From NCBI GenBank assembly GCA_965112735.1, contig OZ218962.1, positions 1,302,001 through 1,366,000 of the forward strand: a DNA stretch of 64,000 nt, read 5' to 3'. Positions within the stretch are counted from its first letter, which is position 1. The number at the start of each line of letters is the position of its first letter. Below the pieces are notes generated by a model that saw nothing but the letters and a program-made list of their open reading frames with translations, ran no database searches and was not told the DNA's origin. A program made the translations under genes and the position numbers. The DNA comes from Phaeosaccion multiseriatum. Lineage: Eukaryota; Protista; Ochrophyta, other classes. Shown here one piece after another: positions 12,441 to 24,739 of the stretch.

Positions 12441-12465
12441 CGGGGTAGACGAAGGAGGTAGCTAG
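8..12465 (+). CDS. Large spliced multidomain protein (5'-partial): class II nucleotidyltransferase head + GIY-YIG-like nuclease + repeated modules + two Cys/His zinc-finger-like repeats
   Basis: Inferred exons 8-526, 658-771, 888-980, 1062-1154, 1255-1302 and 6110-8279 join in frame through GT-AG phase-0 introns. A phase-1 intron 8280-10675 leads to exon 10676-~11116, then ~11171/11212-12465 (this last junction is uncertain). Motifs: SGGFARD..GDIDIH (6650-6725), IEV, DCTINAM (7019-7039); GCVY (7508)..MYVGETG (7700)..RWWPH..DLE. Confidence 0.7.
1405..6010. repeat. ~4.6 kb almost pure C/T low-complexity tract inside inferred intron 1303-6109
   Basis: (CCT)n/(CT)n with recurring longer blocks such as ccccttcccctccccttcctctgctcctcctctctcttctctccctcgctcc; purines are rare. 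Confidence 0.97.
8375..10670. repeat. ~2.3 kb (CCT)n-rich polypyrimidine tract inside inferred intron 8280-10675
   Basis: Direct inspection; ends at cacag acceptor at 10675. Confidence 0.97.
12344..12445 (+). repeat. Poly-G run (~100 nt) encoding poly-Gly at the C-terminus; G-quadruplex potential
   Basis: Nearly uninterrupted G run; its length may be affected by homopolymer sequencing error. Confidence 0.9.
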
Positions 12466-13244
12466 TAAGACTCAGTATAATATATTAGTAGCCGGGATGG
12501 AACCCGCTCTCCTTACCAAGTTCACCTACCACTGATCGGCGAGAACCACTCCGAATCTACGTCACATCGGACGCAAAGACCATTAGGGGCCATCTAGTCT
12601 GAGGCCTTCCAGCATCAAGGACTTTGGAACCTCTAATCTCTGACCCGATCCCCTCGACCTGACCTTCCCCGCGCAGCGAACACTCTACACTCCACGACGC
12701 ACACTCCTCAGACATTAGTCATACTCCTCCTTGCAGTACGCCAAACTGCTACTCAATCCTCCTGCCCCAGTAGTCTAGCGACTCACAGTCCTCGATACAG
12801 CCCTTCCCTTCCATTCCTCTCCTCTCCGTCCACTGCCATCCCCTCCCTCTGCTCCTCCTCGAAGTACCGTCCTCAGTAGCCTGTCCACACCCACCCCCCC
12901 CACTCCTAGCTCAGACAGCCCTTCCACTGCCATCCCTCGACTCAGCTCAAGAAGCCTTGAGCTGCAGCAACGCGCCCGAGGCAGACGGCGACGACGACGA
13001 GGAGGATGAAGAGGAGGAGGAGGAGGAGGAGGAGGAGGAGGAGAGGTGATAGTCTCTCCGGGGCACGCGCTCGAGCGCAAGGTCGAAGGGAAGGTCCACC
13101 GCCGCGGGGCTGCTTCCGGGCTCCTCCTGCAACTACTCGTCCTCCTCCTCCTCGAAGCGGAAACCCTCCTCCCTCCCCTCCCGAGCCTCCTGCTCTGCTC
13201 TGCTTCCTGCTCCATTTCCTGCTGCATCACCAACTGGAATGCCT

Positions 13245-13362
13245 GCTGTTCTGCCTGATGTATCACCACCTGCTGCTGCTGCATCACCTGCTACTGCATC
13301 ACCAGCTGCTGTATCACCACCTGCTGCTGCTGCATCACCAGCTGCTGTATCACCAACTACTG
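13245..13362. repeat. Short imperfect tandem repeat (ctgctgctgcatcacca/gctgctgtatcacca)
   Basis: Several 15-18 nt units, with a ~48 nt higher-order duplication. Confidence 0.8.
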
Positions 13363-13899
13363 TGGCTGCTCTCCGGTCGGTGACGACAAGCCGCCCATCC
13401 CCTGTGATGCGCCCCACGGCAGTTACAGGGACGCCCTCCCGAGCGCAAAAGTGTATTTGGGGGTAGGAAGGTAGTGGATGGTAGTAGAGAGGGAGTGGAG
13501 GAGGGGAGGTCGAAGGAGGAAGATGGCAGTGGGTAGTAGTAGAAGGTCGTGTACGAGGGAGGGAGTGGATGGCAGTAGAAGGGAGAGCGAAAGTGGGGTC
13601 TCCATGACAGGGAGGGGTGAGAGCTCAACTCGTCACGATCTTCCACGTCCCCTCACTACCCCACAACTCTCACCCCTTCGGGGCCACTCCTTTGTCGATC
13701 TCAAGGGAAACGTTAGAGACCAGACAGGCACACACACACACTCACTCAGCGGTGCAAAAGGTGGAGGGCCTCCGTATCGCTTGCCCGTACGCCTCCCTGC
13801 TGTAAGTACCCAAAGAACTAGCACTCACAATGTACCCATGCACTGGCACTCACCAACAATCTCCATGATAACGTGAATGGACACAATTGGGTTGCGGTG

Positions 13900-16640
13900 C
13901 AGGCCCGAACCGCCCGAGCCACCTGTGGGGCCGTTTGTGAGACCACAGCCGTGTGCGTGTGTGTGTGTGTGTGTGTACGTGTACGGGTGTACGTGCATGT
14001 GTGTCAGTACAGAGTACAGGGAAGAGAGGAGGAGGGGGGCGGCTGCAACATAAACAGTCCCACATCCACTGCCGTCAGTCTCTGCGTCCGCCGTCTGCAC
14101 AACGTTGAGGTCAAGCTCTGAGAGGGCCCCTCGCTTGCTGCGAGGGGCAGAGGGGGGGAGCGATACGAAAGGCCGCACCTCCTAGCTTCACAGACAGACA
14201 GAAAGAGAAACAGAGAGAGACTCCTATGCCGCCTCCACCCACTTACATCATGCCCCTGGCGGGCTTGGCCCTGTGAATGTGCTCGTCCCTGACGCTGCCC
14301 AGGCCGGCGCTGAACACGGGAGTCGCCAACCCAATGGGTAATTTGAGGGAGGCATTCCACCGACCCACCCCTATGTCCTGATTGCCAGCCAACGACCCCC
14401 TGACACTACGGACACTCATGATATGCACGCACGCACCTGCACTCTGGCAGCCCTGGCAAAGCCCGCCGCGTAGTCCGAGGACCCGTCAGACGCGCCGATC
14501 AGCACCGAGAGGGGAGGGCCAGTCGCTGTCGTTGGATGACCAACTGCTTCGGTTCCCACTACTGCGCCGCCGTCTACTGCCATCCCCTCCTCCGCAGCAC
14601 TCGCCGCCGCCACTGCCGCAGCCCGTGCTGTATCCGCATCCGAGATACCCCGCCACCCCCCGCCAGGGACAAGACCCCTCTGCCTGTTGCCTGTATGTCG
14701 CGGAGCCGCCCCGGCGCCACACTGCGGGGAAAGTTATGGGTTTCTGCCGTCCCCCCTGCTGCTGCTTCTTCTGCCCTCCAGAGTGGGCACTCGGAATTGT
14801 CGCTGAAAGCAATGACGCTATTGTCATTGGTGTTGCTCTCGTCTTTTCTTCTCGTCGTCACGTATCACCAACTGCTGCTGCTGCTGCTACTCGATCACAC
14901 GGGACAACGTCGAGCAGAGAGTGTGGGGAGAGAAAGAGAGGAAGGAGGCGCAGTTTCAGTTTCACTTGACCAACAGTGGGCCCATCCACTGCCATCTCCG
15001 CTCCAGTCCCATCCACTGCCATCTCCTCCTGCAGTGCTCAGAGTTGCTCTGTCCCGCACCAAAGAGCTCCACGTCTGTGGGGTCTCTCTTCTGTGAGAAC
15101 GTTCTCGAACATGTGGCGGTAGAAAGACTTCTCCCACTGCTCGATACAGAGAGAGAGAGAGAGAGAGGCAGGAACTCAGCTCAAGCTGACACCAGGTACT
15201 AATGCTTGACACCCGGTTCTGGCATACTGACTGACTGGCGGACACCAGGTACTGACCTGCCCGAAGCCAAGGCCGTGTGTGCTGCTGAATCTCCCTAGGC
15301 CCAACACCTTCAACGCTCCTCCTGAAAGCCCCATCCACTGCCATCCTCCCCTGTCTCCTCTTACACCACGAGACGCGCTGGAGAAGAGGGTCGATAGCGC
15401 CGCTTCATCGCGTGGGTACACCTGAAGGATAGAGAGGGAGGTGGGAGGGGGAGAGGGAGAGACAAAGAGCGCGAGAGAGAGGAGAGTCAGAGAGAGAGGG
15501 TGGGGGCGAAGAGAGCGAGTGAGAGAGGGAGAGAGATAGTCGGGTAGTTGGGTACTTGAGTTGGGTGGACAGCTACTTGCACGTGGGGCTCGCTTGCTGC
15601 CTGCGTGGGTTATAGAGCCTGTGTTGCTTCTCCGCACGCGCACTTCCACGTATCCGTCCACGGGAACAGGTATTCATCCCCCCCATTGGATCGAACCTGT
15701 TCGGTCATGTGGTCTGAGAGCAGCTCTACGATCATCTGCCCTCGAGCGCTCTCCCAGAAACTAGCCTCCGCCTCCTGCTCCTGCTCCTGCGCCCGACCTG
15801 GTACAGCAGTTGGTGATCCAGCAGCAGCGGGAGCAGCAGCAGCAGCAGTAGTAGCACTAGCACTAGCCACAGCCGACAGCAGCCCCCACGGCCCTGAGCA
15901 CAGACACGGCATTGCTGCCTGCCCCATGCAGACACCATGTGGGCGCGTGGGCCAATCTATAATTTCTCGACCTCGACATCGACCTCCCGTACTTGCCGCG
16001 GACACTGAAACTCAAATTGAGACTTCCTACCCCCTTCCCTTTCCCCGCCCTGCTGCTGTTGCTGCTCCTTCTGCTCCTCTAATCGCGCGGTGACCCGTCC
16101 CCTCTCTCCCACCCTCTGATCCTTGTGCATCATCCCTTCCCCATCCACCCATCCAAGCCCATCTCTCACTCAGAGAGAAGGGGGGGGGGGGGGGTACCGG
16201 TGCTTCTCCCGATGCGCTGCCATCCGCCTCCTCTTCCTCCTCCTTTTGCTGCTGCTCCTGTATCCCCAACTACTGCACTTGCACAGTGACTGCACAGCCG
16301 TCACACCGTGCCCTGCCAATAGCCGCAGCGCTCGCTCCGAGAGGGCCCTTCCCGCCTCAGAGCCTCGGGTGAAGCGTATCAACAACTCCTGTGGCTGCTG
16401 CTGGCGCGACTGGTGCTGATGAGGAGGATGGCCACTCGGACGGACCTCGAGCTCGCGAGGCATGCCGCTGCTGCTGACCACTCCCCCGGAGGGGGTGACG
16501 AGGAGGGAGGCAGGGGTGGCTGCTACCGAGATTGAAAAACGGAGGGTGGAGGTGGCTGCTCCTCCCGTCGCTCCCTCCTCCTCTGAGACGAGTGCCCGTG
16601 CTCCTGGCTGGGTCTTGGCCTGCGCCCATGTGCAGAGAAG
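13900..16640 (-). other. Possible spliced hypothetical gene or gene remnant, no recognisable family
   Basis: Coding-like ORF segments (16170-16640, 15610-16005, 15260-15423, 14243-14613) separated by CT/CA-rich intron-like spacers; no motif recognised. Confidence 0.3.
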
Positions 16641-17334
16641 TCCGTATCGTCCTTACTGCGAAGCCCCAAGTTGCTGCCCGGGGAGGAGGAAATCGTCCGA
16701 TGCGTGCATAGGCCTCTTTGTCCAGCAGCCGGTTCTGGGTGGTGTCCTCTGTGCAGCAGAAAGTTTTTTTTTTGTGCCATCGATGATTCTAAAAGTAAAT
16801 CATTCGATGGTCCTCTACGGCCGGCTGTTGATTTTGCTCTTTTCCCACAGCCAATCCCTCCCTCTCTCTCCTGTAGCTACCCCACGAAGTTCCTGCGATG
16901 AAGGGGGGGGGGATGTGGTTGCGGTGGCCAAGGTCGTCCGATGAGGAGGCAGGAGCAGCAGCCATGGGTCGCGAGGGAGCCGCAACTTACCTTCGGTCGG
17001 AAGAAGCAAGGGCTTCTTTGTGACTTGGCTGCGGTTGCATTAGCTAGAGAATGCACGGCTAGGTATCAGGAGCTTCACCTCATTGGAAGGGGAACACCTC
17101 ATCAAGGACGTACGGTGAGTCGCACTTCCCTAACCTCGCTTTGCCCCTTCTATCTCCCCAACCCCAGCCAACCCAAGCAACCACTTCACCCTCTTTCCCC
17201 ATAGGACCCGCCGCACCCTCGTGGTCAAGCCAGTCCACCTCCATCTCACCGAGTGCAACTTGCTTAGCTAGGCTCCTTCATTGACACCCAGTCCAGCCAA
17301 ACGTAGCTACTACAGCGTGGCCACTCGGCGCGTA

Positions 17335-17575
17335 GTCTCTCGGGACCCCACAGCTCTTCCCCTTTCTCCCTCTTTCTCTCGGGACCCCACTGCTCTTCCC
17401 CTTTCTCCCTCCCTCTCTCGGGACCCCGCTGCTCGCTCTTCCCCTTTCTCGCTCTTTCTCTCGGGACCCCACAGCTCTTCCCCTTCTTTCTCTCTCCCTC
17501 TCTCGGGACCCCACTGCTCTTCCCCTTTCTCCCTCTTTCTCTCGGGACCCACAGCTCTTCCCTCTCTCTCTCTCT
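17335..17575. repeat. Minisatellite, ~6 copies of a ~39-43 nt unit (tctctcgggacccc[ac]cagctcttccc[c]tttctccctc)
   Basis: Direct inspection. Confidence 0.9.
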
Positions 17576-18189
17576 TCTGCTCTGCCCACGAAGGCAGCAG
17601 AACGAACATTGAATCGGCAAGGGCAGAGCAGGCGTATGGGCAGGCATATGGGCAGACAGGCAGCGGTCCCCGAGGGGGCTGTCCAGCAAGCAAGCCTCCA
17701 GCAGGCGTTGTGTGGGTAGGTCAGCAACGAAGAACCAACTGGTGTAGCAAGGTGTGGGTCTGTGAACGTGTGAACCGCACAGGCATATGGGCACCTGCCC
17801 AGCGGAGCAAGCACAACCGACGTGTGTATGTCCCTCGGCCTGGGCTGTGCTGCAAGCGACTCACGGCTTGACAGGCGTTCGAGGGCGAATGGACTGAGAC
17901 GGAAGTGTTCCCTCATGGCCTCTGCAGTCTGAAGCACGTCAGTTTGCAGTTTGCAGTGCATGTGACTTTGGAAAGAAAAAGGATCCTCTTTTAACTTTAA
18001 AGACTTTTAACAGACAAAGAAGAGACTCGACTTCCCTCCCGTCGTGAAGGGGCGCCTTCTTCGCCCCGCAGAGAGAGCTGTTGACTCGCGTTGCACGGCC
18101 TGTGGTCATTCAGCTCCCGGCCTCGCCACCATCGCTCTGCGCAGTCCTGTGGCCGTTGCAGCGGCTGTGTCCATTGGCATGCACCCACT

Positions 18190-18720
18190 GCTTCCATCTC
18201 CTCGAAGAAAACACATTTCTCTCCCTGTCCCTGAGGACCTGTGGGCACGACCACTCGCTCCACGCACACTTCACATGGTCTGATCGGAGCCACTGGAGCA
18301 TCGGCAGGCCCTTAGCGTGCATGCAAGACCGCATTCTGACAGACCCACTCGTCCCACTCATCCCAATCACAGAGCAGGCGGGCATTGGCGTGGAGGAGCT
18401 GCAGCACCCCAAGTTGTCCCTCTGACGCAGCGAACATGGAGCCGCACCGCGCCATTGATTCTCTTCGAGTAAAGCTCTCGTGCGAGGATGATTGAGCAGG
18501 GACTCCACGACGGGAACGTAACGTACCCTCCCATACAAGCAACGCTCCCCCGACAGTAGCCACTTCCACACCTCCAGATTCCCTCTCGCTGCAGCACAGC
18601 CACACATGTGCTCACTCCAAGGACACCTCTCCTTCCGCGGCAGATGTTCGGATCGCAGCCACTGCAGAATACCCAGGGGGGGGCATGCCACATTCATCCC
18701 AGGGACAGTCCTTGCCGTGA
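18190..18720 (-). pseudogene. Frameshifted ankyrin-repeat gene (CPW..C..AA..G.LE.L.WL type)
   Basis: LGILQWLRSEH..CPWSEHMCGCAAARGNLEVWKWL, FAASEGQLGVLQLLH..CDWDEW and GLPMLQWLRSDHVKCAWSEWSC lie in different frames. Confidence 0.7.
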
Positions 18721-19029
18721 AGAGCCTGTATCACCAACCGCTGCACTCACTGCACTGACTGTACTCACTGTACTCACTGCACTCCTGCCGCCTTGCTCCG
18801 CCTGCCACCGCAGCAATAGGAGAGGGGGGGGGGGGTGCCCAGCCAACAAGGGAGAGAGGGGGGGGAGGTGCCCAACAACAACAAGGGAGAGAGGGGAAGG
18901 GACGGAGGGGAGAGGAGACTTGTCTTGTCACGCTTGGAACAAAGCACGTGGGAGCTGCGGGGGCGACAAAGCACGTGGGTGATCTGTGTGCTCTTGGGTG
19001 TTGACCGACCCAATCTGCGGTCTGCCTAC

Positions 19030-22000
19030 GTACCTCTTTGTTGAGGAAGATTTGCTTGTCGAAGAAGTCAGCGTCTGGACACAGCCGCTCGAACAGCTCT
19101 TTGGCCTGGAAAGGGGTGGGTGGGAACAGATGGAACGAGAAGGAGAGATGGGGGGAAAGGAGAGGGGGAGAGGGGGAGAGTGGAGAAAGGCAGAGTGAGA
19201 GACAGAGATAGAGAGAGGTAAGACAATGAGACAATGAGGGGACATTCGCATTCAGGGCCATGCTAGACAGTTAAGACACAAGGGCTTAACCGGCCCACCG
19301 GTTCGGCCAGAGAGACAGCCCCACGCACGCACGCACAAACCCACACCTGCTCCATGGCGTCGTGAAAGTACAGCTGCTGCAGCTCCGAGCCCACCACGCC
19401 AGGCCGACACAGCCCCCTCCACGCCCGTCACCCTCTGGAGTATTACCACCATCTGTAGCATCTGTAGCACCAACATCAGTAGCAGTAGACTCGGTGGCCG
19501 CATCGGCTGGGCCTGAGGCACGTCGACGCTTTGCGCACGAGGGTCTCCCACTCCGCGCTCCACACCTCCTTCACACACGCTGCCGCAGCAAGGGCCCGCG
19601 CCGCTTCGCCCAGGCACGACCCGTCATCCGCCGCCGCCGCCGCCGCCGGAGAAGGGCTTTCTGTAGAGTTCTTCTGTAACGGTAACGGAAACGGTAACGG
19701 TCGGTCCTGCAGAGTGGTGGTGAGGTGCAGCAGACACGTCCCTGCCGAGCACACTTGGAGAGAGTCGTCCAACTGCACGGCGTGCACGGCGCAGGCGTTG
19801 TTTCCGAGGCGGGGTAGTCGGGGAGGCAGCACTCATGACGCTCACTCGGCGGCAAATACGGCCACTCACAGGGCCCTGCAGCTGCCAAGGCACACGCGGT
19901 ACGCGGTAAGAGAAGGGGGGTGCAGGAGGGGTTTCAGCAACAAGAGGAAGGGGGACCAAACAGAGTATGTGTGTGGGGTGCAGACGAGTGCGACGGAACA
20001 AAGGGCATCGCATGCATTGATTGCTTTGCTTGCTTCCTCATTCCGTCCTTTCGCTCGGCCCCGCTCTGCGCTGGTAAGGAGCCTATGGGCCGGGTGGGCA
20101 CCCCGGGGGGGCGCCCTCACCTGGGGGGGCAAGTAGCGCTCGCCGCACACGATGACGTCACAGGCGATGGCCCTGCCCCCAGGGGGCTGCGAAGCGGTGG
20201 GGACAGATCCCTCGGAGGCCTCTGCTGCTTGAGCTTGGGCCTCTGCTGCATCCCCCTCGGGGACCTCCAGAGCAATACCGATGCATCTGCGCACAGAGTG
20301 GGGGGTGGTGTTGCCCGTCTTTCGCTTGCCCTCCTTCCAGTGCCTTCCTTCGATGGTGGCGTGTGGTGCGAGCACTTCCCTGCTCTGCTCTGCCTTGCCG
20401 GTCTCTCGTTGATGAGCCACACAACTCGATGGGAGAGAAGGCAGCACAAACGTCGGCCCACGCAAGTCGGACGCTGGCTCACCTGCCCTGCTCTTACCCT
20501 ACCCTACCCTACCCTGCCCTACCCTACCCTACCCTACCATACCCTGCCCTACCCTACCCAACTAGAGTCAAGGCATTTGCCTACCCTCCTTGCCTTACTT
20601 GTTGGAAGCAGAGTCCACCACCAGGCTTGACACCCCCCGCCTGCCAGGCCACGGGAGGGGGGCACAGAGGGCATTCAATCGTGTCAATTCAGCCAATTCA
20701 GTAGTCCATTCGGTCACTTCAGTCCATTCGAGAGCAGCTTCGAGCTCTCCCCCCTCCCCTCGCCTACACACACATGGAAGGGGCAGGCAAGGCGCCTGGC
20801 AGACAAACCTCCACCCTGCCAAGTTAAGTAAGTTGGGTCCTCTCTCTGCCCCGCCCCCAAGCACACTCACCGTATACGGCCGCCACTCTGCAGAAGGCCT
20901 GCGGCAGCTCCCCAAGGCCGTACAGAGGCGCGAGGAAGGCCGTTTCCCCGAACTGCCCTAGTGCTGAGAGGTGCCGGAACACTGCCGACAGACCCTCTCG
21001 AGTGCTCGGCCGCTGCCACTGCTCGGGCTACTGCCTCCTCCTCCTCCTCCTCCTCCCCCACCCACGAGTGGCTCGGCTGCTGTTGGCGATATGCGCGCGT
21101 CCCTCTCCCTCCCGTGGTCCTCCTGCACCAGCAGCGCGAGGGCGTAGGTTACCATCTGCACGAGTTTGGGCGGCAGAGGCGCTTGCTCCAAGAAGAAGCC
21201 GAAAGGGAGTCCACGTTCTGAGGAAGAGGGAAGGGGATGGCAATGGATGTGAGTGGGCGTATGCATACTTCATGTGTGGCGTAGTGCACATTCGCGCTTT
21301 GCCTTGGCAGCAGAGCAGCCCAGCCCCGTGGCATGACTTGTAAACCCCACTCCCAGCGGAAACTCAGACTGGAATCTCACACGCACACACACACACGCAC
21401 ACGCACACGCACACTCACGTAATCGCTGTAGGTGGCGCCTTTATTCTGTGGTCGCTGCAACAGGGCCCCTGCCACCTTCCTCGTTCTGGTGGAGTACCTC
21501 TTCTCTGGAGAGAGGGTGGAGATTGGCGACTTGCTGACTAACTGATTTTCTTTCAAATGCCTCCCTTTCCCTTGCACCGTTTCGGCGAGCCCCTGTCTCA
21601 TGCCATGCCCCTGCCCATATGCCTTGCCTGCCTGGTGCCCCAGTCGTTGACGAACTGCAGGAACTTCATCATCTTGCGCTTCTCCAGGGGGGTCAGCAGC
21701 CCCGTCTGGAACATGTCGCTAAGGGACGGGAGGCGAGGAACACGAGGGGGGTGGCGGGCAGGACCCGAGGGGGGCGGGACGCAGAGCAGGGCAACGCCTT
21801 CAGAGCATGCGTGCGTGCACGTGTGTGAAAATGCAGTCTGTGTCCCCGGGCCATTTGTGACTGGTCCTACGAAGACCCACCTCTTGGTGCAAGGCACCCT
21901 TGAGAGAGAAAGCCCGCCCCCCTCCACAGGCTCTCCTGTTCGATGGATGGGCGCATCAGTGGGCGTTGAACATCAGCAGGAGGGAGGGAGCGAGTGGCAG

Positions 22001-23980
22001 AGCGGGAGGAAGTGGCGTAGATGAGCGTCAAGTGCCATCCAGCAAGCCAGCCACGTACCCATCCACTGCCATCCCCGACCCACCATGGACTTGAACTCGA
22101 GGTAGTTGCTGACTCCCGAGTACACGAGTGCCTCCACAGACTGCCCCCCTGCCCAGCACCAGCTGCAGCACGAAGCACGCACGAAGCCGCCACACGCACA
22201 CACCGGGCAGGCAATGAGCAATGTGATTGGGGCAAGTTCATTAGGGTTGGGGGTGGGGTTTGTTCGTCCCCTGCAAGACACCATATCAGGATACACCCAC
22301 TCCTTGTCGCCGCCGGGTTTTAACACAAAAACACCCTCTCGCTCTCCTCCTGGACAAGCAGTTCATGCCTAAGCAAGTCACGTAAGGCCGGTCACAGCTT
22401 TCGACTGCCGACTGTCGAGCGTGCCCCCCTACCTGTGCGGTGAGGTCAATGTTGAAGGCCCGAGAGTTCTCCACCTCAGCCCTGTACCCGGCGTAGGCTG
22501 CACACGAGGCGGGCTCATACGAGTGAGTCGGGGATGGCAGTGGAGGGAGAGAGAGAGAGGGAGAGAGCAGGACCTACGTGTATGGTGTGTGGTGGGCAAG
22601 TGAATTTAACAGCCACACAGCCTCACACTCTCCCCCTGCCTGCCCCACCCCACACAGGCTGATCTTGCCTCTGCCAGCGCGGGGGGCAAGGAACTGAGAT
22701 GCCACCTCCACCGTTTCGTGGGTACAGTTGGGGTACAAGCACGCACCACCCACCTCGACTTTAAAGTCCTTGTCGACAGTCGTGCTGCTGGTGAGCCGCC
22801 TTGGCTTGCGGCCAATCCAGACGGGAGATGCCCTCGGTTTCCGAGTCACAAGTCGCTGACGGAGGTAATACGCACACCCGCCTGGGCCTGGGCCGTGCAG
22901 CGCCTCAGGGGCATCAAGTTGGGCCTCTGCCACGACCCAATCAGGCTATCAGTCTCCTCTCGTGTGGGCTCCTCGTCGACAACGACGGGTGGCTCCTGTC
23001 CTTGCTTCGTCTGCCCCTCAGGCTCCACTCCACCCCCGTCGGCACGGCTCGAGCCTGTCTGCTCAGCATCATCAGCAGCAGCAGCAGCAGCAGCAGCATC
23101 AGCACCACCACCACCACTATCACCAGCAGGGATGCTGGCTGGGCCTGGGCTCTTGCTTGGGTCAGGGGTAGCAGGCGCCTCTTGTCCACCACCGCCTCCT
23201 CCCGCCCTCTCCTGCGCGACCACCTCGTGCCCCTTCGCCAAGTGCTCCTGCACGCCATCCACTCCCTCCTCCGATCCTCCTTCTAGAGCTGCGATTTGCT
23301 TGCCTGTGCTTACCTCCCTCTCCTCCCCCTCATCTCTCTTATTCTCCTGCTTCTTGTTCCTCCTGCTCCTCAAGTGACCCTTCGCCAGTGTTTCTAGTAT
23401 CGTTTTGGTCTGGTCTTTCCCTACCGATGTGTAGCGCGCTTCCTCTGCCGAGATCCCCTCCTCCCCTGTTTCTAGGGCTTGCTCGGCTTGCATCGCTTCG
23501 GCTTCGCTGGCGTGTTCGTTTCCATAGTAGCTGTTCTGTGAGGGTATGTATGTATACGCGGACGGAGACACATTCAAGACAGGGCGTAAGATTCCCCTGT
23601 GCGCACCAATCTTCCCCCATAGAAGTCACCCCCCTCCACCGCAACTCACCCTATCCAGGTGCAGCACGGTCTTGCCTGCTTTCGCCAAGGCCCTGAGAAG
23701 TGCAGGGCAGGAACAAGGTGGAGGAGATGAGCATCAACAGATAGACACAGTTCCGCGGGTGCTGCAGGCTTCCCCCATCTTCGTGCTGTAGTTCCGTGCC
23801 TCCCTTGGCGATCTGACACGCGCCCTTCGACGTCAGGGCGCAGCAGAGTGGACAATGGGAGAAAGAGAGGGAGAGGGAGGAAAGCAGGCAGTGCTTCACT
23901 TACGCGGCCAAGATGCTCTCCACCATGCCAGTTCCGAGCACCACGGCATCGTAGTGGTCTTCTAAGAAGTCCTCCTCCAT
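19030..23980 (-). CDS. REP: Rab escort protein (Rab geranylgeranyltransferase component A; GDI/REP family), multi-exon
   Basis: MEEDFLEDHYDAVVLGTGMVESILAA from ATG 23980, then ALAKAGKTVLHLD, NSYYG, SRAFNIDL, SGVSNYLEFK, LLTPLEKRKMMKFL, FLAPLYGLGELPQAFCRVAAVYG and C-terminal AKELFERLCPDADFF. The long acidic N-terminal insert favours REP over GDI. The 3' end is approximate. Confidence 0.88.
20493..20560. repeat. (TACCC/TGCCC)n pentanucleotide microsatellite in a REP intron
   Basis: About 12 copies visible. Confidence 0.85.
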
Positions 23981-24304
23981 CCTTCCTTCAATCCAGCGGT
24001 CTAACCCGCTTATAAAAGTCTTTGGAGATCGATCTCGATCGGGGGATTTAGGACAGCCACTTGAAACTTAAATTGGTTTCTTCGCGCCCTTCCTTCCTCC
24101 TTCCCGTTGGTCCGTCCCAAAACAGACTCTTGAGAACGAGAGAGAGAGAGAGAGAGAGAGAGAGCAGGAGGTGGGGAGGGGCGCGTGTTTGTGTCCCGAA
24201 CAGATAGATGGATGCAAAGCTCCGCGGAGGAAGGATCGGAAATGCCAAGAGGGAGAGCGAGAGGTGCCTCCAAAGCGAACAGGATAACAAGGTGCAACAT
24301 TGCA

Positions 24305-24739
24305 ATGGAGAGGCCAAGCATCAACGCGGAGCAGCAGCAAGAGCAGGATGAGAGGGAAGAGAAGCGCGAGCAGGACGAGCAGCACAAGGAGTAGGACAGG
24401 AGGTCTGACTCCTCGCTCAAAATGGCAGCCCAGGGAACACCGGAAGTGGAAGGGGAGGAGGACGGGCGGAGACTTCCTTCTGCGGTGATGGTATTCCCAT
24501 GCCCCCGACCCCCGCCTCCACTGCCAACGGTACTCCTGCGGCTGTCTCGGCCACGGTCGTCTTCACACCGCCGGAGCCCGAGTGGCAGAGGGTCCCCGGC
24601 CGCTGGAGCCGAGAGCAGACGCAGAAGGTGGCAGAGATGGCTGAAGGAGAGATTGGCGGCAGAGCTTATCGCAGCCGAGCCCTTCCCCGAGGTGGTGGGG
24701 GAGCGGCGGATGGTGCGCTTCCTCAACGGCCACAGACAG
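24305..24739 (+). pseudogene. CRAL-TRIO (Sec14-like) N-terminal fragment
   Basis: LKERLAAELIAAEPFPEVVGERRMVRFLNGH resembles CRAL-TRIO_N. There is an in-frame TAG at 24392-24394, a GTAAG donor at 24740 and no lipid-binding domain downstream. Confidence 0.5.

Noticed and set aside
12488-12512. B-box/T-arm-like GGTTCCATCCC on the minus strand as a tRNA
   Set aside because: No D arm, anticodon arm or cloverleaf could be built.
17335-17575. Regularly spaced repeat as a CRISPR-like array
   Set aside because: No unique spacers, eukaryotic context and no cas genes; it is a minisatellite.
20493-20560. (TACCC)n as an interstitial telomere
   Set aside because: A pentamer, not TTAGGG/TTTAGGG, and located within an intron.
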